Origin: a virus
Lineage: Duplodnaviria > Caudoviricetes
Reading direction: 5' to 3' (one strand)
Length of the DNA: 36,178 nt
Virus record (IMG/VR): IMGVR_UViG_3300005805_000231
Coordinates: 1 to 36,178 of that record
Part shown: positions 14,388-23,444 of the stretch, piece after piece
How positions within the stretch are numbered: position 1 is the stretch's first letter
Layout of the letters: every line of letters begins with the position of its first letter
Position numbers and translations under genes: made by a program
Notes under the pieces: generated by a model
Databases searched by the model: none
The model's input: only the letters and a program-made list of their open reading frames with translations
Told to the model about the DNA's origin: nothing

Positions 14388-16322
14388 CTACGCCACGGCA
14401 AAAAAGATAAATGTCCCGCCAGACGCATTGATCGCTGCCGGGGCGGTGCTGCTGATTTCAAACCCAGCAGAGTAGGTGTCAACGTAGTCGGTGTTAGTTA
14501 CTTCAGCCGCTGTGCTGTTCAAGAGCAGGTACGGGTCGTTACCAGCCACGATGCCACGGGCGCTGTCCCACACATACCAGTCACCAGTGCTGTCGGTGCG
14601 TTTGATCAAAACGAACCTTGCGCCACCTGTGAAGCCGCAGTTGATCTGTTGGGTTGTGCCAGTGCCTGTGTAGCTACCAACCTTGCTCACGCCGGGGACG
14701 GTGGCGAAGAGGTAGGCGACGTATGTTCCGCCGTTTGTATTTAGTGATGTGCCGTAAACTTGGAATGAGGAACTAGTAGGAGTTGCGTTGTTAAAAACGC
14801 CACCAGCTGTACTGGCATCAGTTGCGTTAAGCACCAAATAATTTGTTGCCCCAATCCCAGCGCTATATACAAGCCAACTTCCAGTGTTGTTGCGCCGCTT
14901 TACAATCATTAGTTCTGGGACTGCTGCAAGATTATGCGTAATTGTTTTTGGGTTTGATCCATCCCCCGTATAGCAAACCTCATCAAAGAAGCCGGGGGCG
15001 CGGCGAAACTGGTATGAAACGTAAGATTTGCTAGAAGCGTTGTAACGAGAAGAATACGGTGTAACAAGAATTCCAGAATTTGATTGGAACTCATTTTCCA
15101 TATCTGGGTTGGTCCACCCCGTGTCAGCGCCCTCTGCACCAGTGGAGTTTGTTACTAAACTTCTCCCGCCGCCACGCAATCTATCTTGAACGTAATTTTG
15201 GCGATAGGCTTCCGTGCCGTCGTTGCGATCTCTAATGTATGCAAAATCCGTTGCAAAACCAGAACTGATAAGGCGGCTTGTAGCGTTATCGCCAGTGTAT
15301 GTATCTGGATCAAACACACTCGTCCCAGTCGTCGGCGTCTTCATCGGGCCACGGCGGATGGCTATGTAGATGTAGGTTCCTGCTGAAAGACCGCTATTTA
15401 AACTTAATCCAGTCGCAGTAATGTTTCCACGAAGATTAGTTGTTTCTGCAAAACTTGCGCTTGGGTATAGATATGTAAATATGCCAGTTGCACTTGCGCT
15501 TCTCATGGTGTCAGTGAGTTCCCATTCTGCGGCGGCATCTGTGCGTTTTATAATAAACCACTGTGGCTCATATCCAAGATTTACGGTTGTGCTTGTTCCG
15601 TTGTGCGTAAACGACCCACAGCTAATCACATTGTCCGAACCAGACGCGCCAAAGCCTCCTGCGTCGTGGGCGAATAGGTAGGCGACGTAGGTTTTGCCAT
15701 TACCATTGGTTACATTTCCATTGGCAACAGTAAAAACAGTGCTAGTCGGCGCTGTTGAATTAAATGATGCGGCAAAACTACCGGTGGTAAAAGCATCGGT
15801 AGCCTGTAAGTATCCGGCAGTTGTAGACGCCCCTCTATTCCATACAGACCATTGGCCTGCATCACTTGTACATTTGACAATTACGCAACCGGGAGTCGAT
15901 CCCAGATTATGTGGAATTTGTCTCCCTGCAACATCATTCCCAGTCCACGTCACCACATCAAAGAACTTCTCAGCCTTGCGGAAGGTCCATGAGGCGAAAG
16001 TACTGTTGTTAGCGTTTGTGTCACCACCCAAACCTAAAGAAAAGCCGTTGTTATTAAATGATGTAAGCGTAAAATTGCTAAATTCATTTGCGTTAGTTGT
16101 GTTGCTATTAAGTCTGTTCCCCACGCCCCGTGCGGTGTCAAATAAAAGATGGTTTTGGGTTGTTGCCCTTCTCTTTGTCCAAACCATCCCGCCCTCACCC
16201 GCCAGATCAATCCCGTTGGTGATGGTCTGGGTAGATCCGTTGCCTGTGTAAAGGTACGTCGAGAAAACGTCCTCGATGTAGTTGACGTCGTTACTTACCT
16301 GAGAAGTGTTTGAGCTAAACAT
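14388..16322 (-). CDS. Tail-fibre-associated, putative receptor-binding beta protein (DUF7483-like repeats)
   Basis: Repeated Y/WTG.G, FFD.V..TG, IVK.R and YVAYLFA motifs; between the tail fibre and its chaperone. GAGGGG RBS before ATG 16322. Confidence 0.7.
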   Translation of the reverse strand: MFSSNTSQVSNDVNYIEDVFSTYLYTGNGSTQTITNGIDLAGEGGMVWTKRRATTQNHLLFDTARGVGNRLNSNTTNANEFSNFTLTSFNNNGFSLGLGGDTNANNSTFASWTFRKAEKFFDVVTWTGNDVAGRQIPHNLGSTPGCVIVKCTSDAGQWSVWNRGASTTAGYLQATDAFTTGSFAASFNSTAPTSTVFTVANGNVTNGNGKTYVAYLFAHDAGGFGASGSDNVISCGSFTHNGTSTTVNLGYEPQWFIIKRTDAAAEWELTDTMRSASATGIFTYLYPSASFAETTNLRGNITATGLSLNSGLSAGTYIYIAIRRGPMKTPTTGTSVFDPDTYTGDNATSRLISSGFATDFAYIRDRNDGTEAYRQNYVQDRLRGGGRSLVTNSTGAEGADTGWTNPDMENEFQSNSGILVTPYSSRYNASSKSYVSYQFRRAPGFFDEVCYTGDGSNPKTITHNLAAVPELMIVKRRNNTGSWLVYSAGIGATNYLVLNATDASTAGGVFNNATPTSSSFQVYGTSLNTNGGTYVAYLFATVPGVSKVGSYTGTGTTQQINCGFTGGARFVLIKRTDSTGDWYVWDSARGIVAGNDPYLLLNSTAAEVTNTDYVDTYSAGFEISSTAPAAINASGGTFIFFAVA

Positions 16323-16332
16323 CGAACGCCCC

Positions 16333-18621
16333 TCAGACTGTGTAGTTCTGGCCAGCGTTGGAGCCGTACCAGTTTGTGCCGTCGCTGGTAAAGACATACT
16401 TGTCCAGCTTCGACGCAGTTGAAGTGATCGTTGGAGCCGTGCCTCCGGGCCACTTCACAGCCGCAGGCCATGTCACCGTGCGAGAGCCGGTGCCGTCTTG
16501 CTTGAGCAGCAGAATGAAACTCTTGCCTGCCGTAGCAGTCGGGAACGTGAACGTGCAGTTGCCAGTCAGCGTCAGAATCTGCACAGAGCCGTTCGCCAAG
16601 TCGATGGTGTAGGCTGTGCTGGTGTTGGCTGTAGCAACTTCTTCGGTGTAGCCGTTGGTGAACGTGCCAGCCTCGATGGTCTTGTTGGTCAGGGTCTGTG
16701 TGTCGGTCGTGCCGACCACATCACCAGTCGGGGCAGTCTTTCCGCTCCATGTCGTCAGGTTCGCGCTGTACGCTTGGACACTCGACCCAATGTCGCCAGT
16801 AACCAGCGTGCCAGGAAACGTCTGACCACCAACAAAGGTGATCGCGCCAGTCATCGTCCCACCGCTCAGGGCCAGATACCCTGCCGCCGGCAAGTACGCA
16901 GCAACCCACGCAGACCCGTTGTAGACGCGCATCTCATTGACGGTGCTGTTCCAATACAGGGCACCGGTCAGCAACGGGTTCCCGTCATTGTCCACAGTCG
17001 GGTCAGCCGACTTCGAGCCGAGGTACCGGTCATCAAAGCTGTCGTAAGACGCAGCAGCATCAGCCGCGGAAGACGCCGCAGATGACGCGCTGCTCGAGGC
17101 GGCCGAGGCCGAGGCAGCCGCATTCGATGCCGAGGTCGCAGCTGCAGCAGCAGACGCGGCGGCTGATGTTGTTGAACCAAAGATGGTGTCGATGTAGTTT
17201 TTTGTCGCGGCGTCCTGGGCATTCGTCGGATCACCCATCCCGGTGATCTTGTTGGTGCCCATCGCAATCGCGCCAGACATCGTGCCGCCAGCCAGGTTCA
17301 GCTTGCCATTCAGGAACGTGTCAGTCTGACTTTGGGTGTACGCATCCGAGATCCCGAAACCGGACAACGTCGTCGGGTTCGTTCCTGCCGTGATCCTGCC
17401 CCACTGATCGACGGTAACCGACTTGTAGGTCGATGCCGTGACGCCGGTCGTTGCCAGGTCAATCTCGTCTGCACCGACGACGATGCGCGAGCTTGACGCG
17501 GTGTTCACGTTCAGCGTGTTACCCGTCTTGCTCATGCCGGTGCCGGCAGTGATCTGACCAGCACCGGAGAACTGCGCCCAAGTCACCGCAGTCACGCCCA
17601 GCGTGCCGCCGGCAGACACCGTGCAGATGAATCCGTTGTTGCCGTTCGTTGTGCCCTGCTCGATAAACGTGAACGCGGCAACAAGCTCATTCCAGGTGTC
17701 GGCGTCAGTCGAGCGTGTCCAGGTGCTGGCTGAACAGACGTAGATGCCGTTCTGCGTCGCATCGGACTGGTTCTTGACCAGAACACGCTGGCCGGCAGTG
17801 ACCGAAACGCCGTCAATCGTCTGCGTGTTCGACAGGCTGATGTTGGCGGTCGTTGCGACCAAGCACGACGCCTTGGCGTCAATGCCCTGCGCGACGTTGT
17901 CGACGTAACTCTTGGTCGCCGCATCGCCGTCCGCGGTCGGCGTCCCCAGCCCAGTGATCTTGTTGGTGGACATCGCCAACGCGCCGGTCAGCGTGCCGCC
18001 CGTCAGTGCCAGCCTGAGTGCGTCCTGAGCGTCAACGTATGCCTTGTTCGCCGCGTCGCCGCTGTTGGTCGGGTTGGGCAAGTTGGTGATGGTGCCGGCA
18101 CTACCGGCATTCATGTCCAGATCACCGTTGATCGTGACGTTGTTGAACGTCGAGGTGCCAGACGCGGCGGTAATGTTGCCAAGAACTCCACCCGTTGCTG
18201 TAAGCGCACCCGTCAGGGCAAGCGTTGAGCTAAAGGTGACAGCACCCGTTACAGCAAACGTGCCGCCGACTGAGGCGTTGCCTTGCGCGGTAAACGCCTT
18301 TCCTGCCGGGACAGTAAGTCCAACTGTGGAGAACTGCGCGACGTTGACGCCGAGCACCGACATCCACGCCGAGCCTGAGCCACTGCGATACAGGCCCGTA
18401 TTCGTCTCGTTCAGGTAGGACAAGCCTGGCGCGGAGACGTTGCCGTCCGCGATCCTGAACGGGGCCAGCATGCCTCCGGCGCCCGTGCGGGACAGCGAGT
18501 TCGTTAGTTCGTTGGCAACGTCCTCGAGCGTGTCGTTTGCCCAAGTCGACTCAATTGTTGTGCCTGGCACCACCGGGTTGCCGGCGGGCAGTGTATAAAC
18601 TCCAGAACCGTTGCGTGGCAT
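16333..18621 (-). CDS. Tail fibre protein
   Basis: N-terminal MPRNGSG.Y.LP.GNP anchor; three IT...PT...DAA.K.Y.D repeats; L.L.GGT..GA repeats; RVLVKNQ....NGIY domain; Ala/Ser stalk. Confidence 0.85.
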   Translation of the reverse strand: MPRNGSGVYTLPAGNPVVPGTTIESTWANDTLEDVANELTNSLSRTGAGGMLAPFRIADGNVSAPGLSYLNETNTGLYRSGSGSAWMSVLGVNVAQFSTVGLTVPAGKAFTAQGNASVGGTFAVTGAVTFSSTLALTGALTATGGVLGNITAASGTSTFNNVTINGDLDMNAGSAGTITNLPNPTNSGDAANKAYVDAQDALRLALTGGTLTGALAMSTNKITGLGTPTADGDAATKSYVDNVAQGIDAKASCLVATTANISLSNTQTIDGVSVTAGQRVLVKNQSDATQNGIYVCSASTWTRSTDADTWNELVAAFTFIEQGTTNGNNGFICTVSAGGTLGVTAVTWAQFSGAGQITAGTGMSKTGNTLNVNTASSSRIVVGADEIDLATTGVTASTYKSVTVDQWGRITAGTNPTTLSGFGISDAYTQSQTDTFLNGKLNLAGGTMSGAIAMGTNKITGMGDPTNAQDAATKNYIDTIFGSTTSAAASAAAAATSASNAAASASAASSSASSAASSAADAAASYDSFDDRYLGSKSADPTVDNDGNPLLTGALYWNSTVNEMRVYNGSAWVAAYLPAAGYLALSGGTMTGAITFVGGQTFPGTLVTGDIGSSVQAYSANLTTWSGKTAPTGDVVGTTDTQTLTNKTIEAGTFTNGYTEEVATANTSTAYTIDLANGSVQILTLTGNCTFTFPTATAGKSFILLLKQDGTGSRTVTWPAAVKWPGGTAPTITSTASKLDKYVFTSDGTNWYGSNAGQNYTV

Positions 18622-18632
18622 GTCAAAACTCC

Positions 18633-20231
18633 CTAATCATTCATCATTGCAGCGCCGGTTGCGCCGCCAAGGCTTGCACGACGACGAAGCGCCTCTTGCA
18701 ACGCATCCTGATACTTGTACCCGCCAAGCAGCGCCCTTTGTGCTGTTCTTGAATAAAGCGGGCCGCCAAAAGTCATTGCGGCGCCTGCGCCTAATGCGGT
18801 TTTTACTGGACTTTTTATTGCTGAACTAATTAAGCCAAATTCAGCAAGCCTGTCAGCAGTGCCGCTATTTGGCGTGCGTGATTTCAAGATTGCTGCGGGA
18901 TCAGTCAAGTCCTGCATGAACGCGGTGCCGCGACCATAATCATCGCCCTTTGACATTGCCTTGACCGCTCTTGTCAACTGCGATGGCGTGACCTCACCCG
19001 AGTCGCTGTACTTGCTTGCCCTTGCAATGCGCTTATAGGCCGCATAAGCCTTGTCTGTATCCTCAAGCTGCTGAGCCAAAGCAGGAGGAATTTGTCTGTT
19101 TCTGTACTGAGTCAGACTGTCTTCAATAGCAGTCAGGATTCGGCGTTCAGCCAGCGCCTCTGTACCCTGCATGCCAGCAAGATCACGAATGCGGCGGCTG
19201 ATTTCAGAATCAAACGACTTATACGCATCACCGGGGATGAACGCGCCAATTTGATTTGGGCCTTGCTGGAATTTCTTGAAGAAGTTGTTGTCAACAAACT
19301 CAAGAATTCCGTCAACAGTTTCTCTGCTTGCCCTGTAGTTTGGATTGAGCGCGGCAGACAGAATTTCCTGCTCAAACTTCTGATCAGGTTTGAACACCAT
19401 CATGTCAAGAGGCGCGTAAGCCTTCTTGAACTGCTTGCCTAGTTCATCAACGCCTTCGCGAGAAACTGTCTGTGTGACACCGCCAGGAGCAACCGCTCGA
19501 TCAAATGCTTTTTGAACAAGTTCACCCTGCGGCCTTTGCCGAGCAGAGGTAATGATTTCACCGAGAACAGGAGAACTTTGCAGCGCCTCTTCTGCTTTGG
19601 CAATACGACCACCAATAAACGACCCGCGATCAACGCCTTGCCCGATTGTTGGCTGAACGCCCTCGCGCATTAACGTCTTTGCTTGTTCAGAAGGATTAAT
19701 AGGGCCACCCAAAAGTTTCCCAGCGCCGCGGACAACGCCTTGGCCGATAAGACTTCCAATCGCGCCCTCTTTGGCAGCCTTCGCGCGATCTTCAGTTGCA
19801 AACGCGGCGGACAAGGCGGCATCAGAAGCGACGTTAGCTCCAACACCGGTCAATGTTTGAAGTGCTTTTGGAAGCATGGGGAGAACTTTGCTACCAACTT
19901 TGGCAGCGGCAGTTCCCGGCACCAAAAACATACTTGTTTCTGCGCCTATCTCGCCAACCTTCCCGGCTGTCCCAAGTTTTTCTTTTTCCTTCTTCCACCA
20001 ATTAAGTTCTTCTTGCTCATCAGGCGTCAATTCACCGCCTGGGAACATGGATCGAACACCAAGATAGGCTTGACGAGCGGCCCCGCCAGCGCCGACTAGG
20101 CCACGCTCTAATGCGCTCATCTCATCGGCCGGGCTTAACTGCGTCGGCTGCGGCTCGGCACTTGCTTGAGCCGCCCGCGCACGCGCACGCGCCATTGCAA
20201 GAGCGCGCTGTTGCTCTACGGTCATTTCCAT
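18633..20231 (-). CDS. Putative internal virion/ejection protein (large)
   Basis: Ala/Gly-rich helical protein with PNSGTA motif, in the position of podovirus DNA-ejection genes. Start 20231 or 20225. Confidence 0.65.
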   Translation of the reverse strand: MEMTVEQQRALAMARARARAAQASAEPQPTQLSPADEMSALERGLVGAGGAARQAYLGVRSMFPGGELTPDEQEELNWWKKEKEKLGTAGKVGEIGAETSMFLVPGTAAAKVGSKVLPMLPKALQTLTGVGANVASDAALSAAFATEDRAKAAKEGAIGSLIGQGVVRGAGKLLGGPINPSEQAKTLMREGVQPTIGQGVDRGSFIGGRIAKAEEALQSSPVLGEIITSARQRPQGELVQKAFDRAVAPGGVTQTVSREGVDELGKQFKKAYAPLDMMVFKPDQKFEQEILSAALNPNYRASRETVDGILEFVDNNFFKKFQQGPNQIGAFIPGDAYKSFDSEISRRIRDLAGMQGTEALAERRILTAIEDSLTQYRNRQIPPALAQQLEDTDKAYAAYKRIARASKYSDSGEVTPSQLTRAVKAMSKGDDYGRGTAFMQDLTDPAAILKSRTPNSGTADRLAEFGLISSAIKSPVKTALGAGAAMTFGGPLYSRTAQRALLGGYKYQDALQEALRRRASLGGATGAAMMND

Positions 20232-21397
20232 AACGCCCGCTCCTCCGGAGTCATATGTCTCCAAAGTTGAGGATCAACGCCGGGGGGCGGCATGTCGGAA
20301 GTAGACGTTTGATTGCCTTCGCCTCCGGCAACAATGTCTTGATTTAAGTGCTTGTACTTTTCTTGCAAAGAACGTAGCGCCTGAAGTGCGGCCATTCTTT
20401 CATTTACAGGGACTGTTCGATCACCAACTTTGGCAGCCATTTCCTTGTAGTTTTGCACGTCATAGTTTGACTGCGGACCTTCCATGCGAGGCACATTGGA
20501 AACTAACCATCCAGAAATGGTTTCAAGTTCAGCGGCTTTTGTTGCGCTTTCAGAGCTATACCCAACAACCCGCCCAAGAGCATCAACAGCAGAACCAACT
20601 CCACTTCCTGTCGGTCCTTGTTTTAATATGCCTTCCGCTTGATTGATTACGCTAAACAACTGATTGCTGCGGTTAATAGCGCCCTTTGCTTCTGCCTCGG
20701 ACTTGGCTCCCAACCCGCCGCGAGCCTTTGCTTCTGCAATACTGCCTTGCAACGCAGGGTCAGACGCTGATCCAACAACAGGCTTTCCATCTACCAAAAT
20801 TGGTGTAAGTACATTGGTTCGCGTATTAAATCCGTAAACGCCTTGCCCTGTTTGCACCGGCATGAAATAAGGCGAAGCACCAGACCCTCTAAGTTGAGCA
20901 AGTTCTCGACGCAAATCTGCTTGTTGATTAGCAAGGGTTTTCTTTTGCTCAAGTTCGCGCTGCTGCTGCGCTTGAGAAAACTCTTGCCGATCCGCAATCT
21001 CAGCCTCTCGAGACAACCTTGCGATCTGTGCTTTTGCACGATTCTCAGGCGACATCGCCATTGCGCGCTTTAAGAAGTGAGCCTGCACAGGAGCGTATTG
21101 CTCTCCTGCGTACCCAGCAGCAAGCGCATTCAACAGCGACATTCCACTATCTTCACCAGCGCCCTGACCTTCAAGCTCTGCAATCTGCTGACGCAAACGA
21201 AGCGAACGCGGCATTGTTGCCTGCATCGAATCCATCGCCAACGGCAACGCTCGCTGCGGTGCTGATTGCGGAGCAGGTTGAGGCGCTGCGGCAGGCATTT
21301 GCTGCGGCGTCATGTAAAGGCGCAGCCTTTCCTCTTCTTCAGGCGTCAGCGGACGCCCCTGAATCTGAGGATTCGGAACCGGGTACACGGTTGCCAT
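20222..21397 (-). CDS. Putative DNA transfer/ejection protein
   Basis: Coiled-coil; VPRMEGPQS..D motif; position in the ejection module. Confidence 0.65.
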   Translation of the reverse strand: MATVYPVPNPQIQGRPLTPEEEERLRLYMTPQQMPAAAPQPAPQSAPQRALPLAMDSMQATMPRSLRLRQQIAELEGQGAGEDSGMSLLNALAAGYAGEQYAPVQAHFLKRAMAMSPENRAKAQIARLSREAEIADRQEFSQAQQQRELEQKKTLANQQADLRRELAQLRGSGASPYFMPVQTGQGVYGFNTRTNVLTPILVDGKPVVGSASDPALQGSIAEAKARGGLGAKSEAEAKGAINRSNQLFSVINQAEGILKQGPTGSGVGSAVDALGRVVGYSSESATKAAELETISGWLVSNVPRMEGPQSNYDVQNYKEMAAKVGDRTVPVNERMAALQALRSLQEKYKHLNQDIVAGGEGNQTSTSDMPPPGVDPQLWRHMTPEERALWK

Positions 21398-21744
21398 CAG
21401 TATTCTCCAAAGTCCATCGCAGGCTCGTATGCAGTGCCGTAACCGGGCTGCCTACGACGACGCAGATCCTCAAGCATCTGACGTTGACGCTCATTCATGC
21501 CTTGCATTCTTTGGTCAACGCCAGCCTGCCCCTGCTTGGCGAAGTAAGCCTGACCGAGTTGCCCCAACGCCCCGGCAATACCAGGCCCGACGTAATGCTT
21601 GCCGATCATCTGGCCTTGCTGCGAGGTCATTGCATTTTGACGAAGCGCATCGACCATAGCCTGCTTGCGCTTCAGTTCGTCCTGCTCAGGGCGCATCGCG
21701 CCCATCTGCAACAGGTAGTCGTAGAGCATTGCATCGTTGTTCAT
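21397..21744 (-). CDS. Putative small ejection protein
   Basis: Gln/Gly-rich, 115 aa, coupled to neighbours. Confidence 0.65.
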   Translation of the reverse strand: MNNDAMLYDYLLQMGAMRPEQDELKRKQAMVDALRQNAMTSQQGQMIGKHYVGPGIAGALGQLGQAYFAKQGQAGVDQRMQGMNERQRQMLEDLRRRRQPGYGTAYEPAMDFGEY

Positions 21745-21745
21745 C

Positions 21746-23038
21746 TCACAACTCCGAATAGTTGACCATCAGGTAGCCATTGGCGTGACGCTTGACTAGA
21801 TCAGGTCGCACCTTCTGCACCTCTTGCGCCATCACGCCAACCTGGCGCTGGCCGAACATCGTGTACTCATACACACCAACGCCAATCGGGTGACCACCCA
21901 CTTTGACGATGTTGGACTTCAGACGACGGTCAGAGAACATGAACGCGGCGCTGCCCAACTGCGCCGCACTACCGAGCAGGTTGTTAAAGCCTGCCTGCTG
22001 GGCGTTGTACGCGCCGAGCTGCGCGTCATAGCCCATCTGCGTTGCGCCAAGGATGTTTGGCGTCTCAGCCCGACCAGCTTGCACAAACGAAGGCATCTGC
22101 GGCATCTGAACCTGCTGGCCGCTCAATAGCGCATTCATCTCGTTAAGCGACATGCCGCGACGCTGCGCCTCTTCAGCAATCGCCTGCTGACGCAGTTGAT
22201 TCTGATAGTTGGCGTATTGCTGGTTGAGAGACTGCTGCTGCGCAAGGGCCGCATTCTGAGCGGCAAGGTTGGCTTGATCCAACGACGCAGCCTGACCCAG
22301 TGCCTGATTCTGAAACTGCGCCGCGCCGAGGTTTTGCTGGTAGCCAGCCTGCGCGGTCCCCATCTGCATGTTGTACAGACGCTGCGCCTCGGCACCTGAC
22401 GCATCCAGCGCGTTGAAACGCTCGGCGGCTTGACGCTGGCCCAACTCGGTCAGAGCGCGGTTGTATGCTTCAGACCCTTGAACAAACCCCTGATTGGCAA
22501 GTTTTGTCTCAAGTTGCCGCTGCTGATAGTCATGCACCGGCTGCATCTTTTGCATCAGTTGCGTTGCCACCGTGTCTCGGTAGCTCGAGTCAAACTGAGG
22601 CAATGAAGACCCAAAATTGAACTCTGTTGCAAGACCAGGCGTGTAGTCAGTCAACCCAGTGCCCAACTGCGCCGGCGCATTCAACTCTGCCATCTGAGGC
22701 AAGCCTGCGTAATCAAACGGCTGGCCATACTCGTTTGTCACACGATCCATAAAGCCGCTCGCCAATTGGCTGCGGCCTAATTGCGTAGACAATTGCGCAT
22801 CAAGTGCGGATTGCAAGCCCGGCGCAAGGGTTGTGTTTTGCGTCCACTGCGTGACTTTGTCACCAGTTGACGGGTCAGTAATCCCTTGCGTGCCCCACGT
22901 CTGTGAACCAAACGGTGTATTGATTACCGGCCGATTGGCATAGTTCTGCATATTGAGAGCTTCTTTTGAAAGCTCTCCTTGCAGTTGTGCTGCGCCGACG
23001 TAATCAGGCGTGGCTGGTGCGCTTCCCTTGCCGCCCAT
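21746..23038 (-). CDS. Gln/Ala-rich virion protein with C-terminal intramolecular chaperone/auto-processing (peptidase S74) domain
   Basis: MGGKG...P.PDY start with AAGGAG RBS; FSDRRLK...VYEY...GVMAQEV..V.PDLV...GYLMVNY. Confidence 0.8.
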   Translation of the reverse strand: MGGKGSAPATPDYVGAAQLQGELSKEALNMQNYANRPVINTPFGSQTWGTQGITDPSTGDKVTQWTQNTTLAPGLQSALDAQLSTQLGRSQLASGFMDRVTNEYGQPFDYAGLPQMAELNAPAQLGTGLTDYTPGLATEFNFGSSLPQFDSSYRDTVATQLMQKMQPVHDYQQRQLETKLANQGFVQGSEAYNRALTELGQRQAAERFNALDASGAEAQRLYNMQMGTAQAGYQQNLGAAQFQNQALGQAASLDQANLAAQNAALAQQQSLNQQYANYQNQLRQQAIAEEAQRRGMSLNEMNALLSGQQVQMPQMPSFVQAGRAETPNILGATQMGYDAQLGAYNAQQAGFNNLLGSAAQLGSAAFMFSDRRLKSNIVKVGGHPIGVGVYEYTMFGQRQVGVMAQEVQKVRPDLVKRHANGYLMVNYSEL

Positions 23039-23444
23039 GAGCGTTCTCCTTGAGCCAGCGGCACTCGTCCGCCCGCATTTCAAACATGTAGCAATCCACC
23101 GTCTCAGCGATTCGACGGAAACCTAATTTCTCGTTCATGTTTAGTGCGTCAGGCAAATCCTTGGGCGTCAGTCCGTAGACTGCCTCAACGCCAACCGTCA
23201 CGAACGGGTACTCAAACGCGGCGCGCCACAACTGCCGCGTCAGCGAATGCGGACTATCAAACGCAACGTGCATCCAGCAACTTGAGTGCGTCCAAGCATT
23301 AAACCCAACCGCGCAGGCAATCGACCCGTCATCGCGCATCGAGGCAATCGTGCGCAAGTCAGTGCTCCACGGCAGGCGCGTGTGTTTGTTCATCCAGCGC
23401 CAGATGACCGGGTACTGCTCAGACTGATCGGTCACAAGTTTCAT
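23004..23444 (-). CDS. GNAT (RimJ/L-like) acetyltransferase in the virion module
   Basis: F.YPF...GV..V.G...AL.MNEKLGF motif; position equivalent to P22 gp14 / T7 gp13. Confidence 0.75.
   Translation of the reverse strand: MKLVTDQSEQYPVIWRWMNKHTRLPWSTDLRTIASMRDDGSIACAVGFNAWTHSSCWMHVAFDSPHSLTRQLWRAAFEYPFVTVGVEAVYGLTPKDLPDALNMNEKLGFRRIAETVDCYMFEMRADECRWLKENAHGRQGKRTSHA

Noticed and set aside
17040-17170. Ala/Ser low-complexity repeat in the tail fibre
   Set aside because: Ordinary coiled stalk segment common in phage fibres.
14388-18621. Diversity-generating retroelement or invertible shufflon acting on tail genes
   Set aside because: No reverse transcriptase, no invertase, and no TR/VR pair differing at adenines that I could see.
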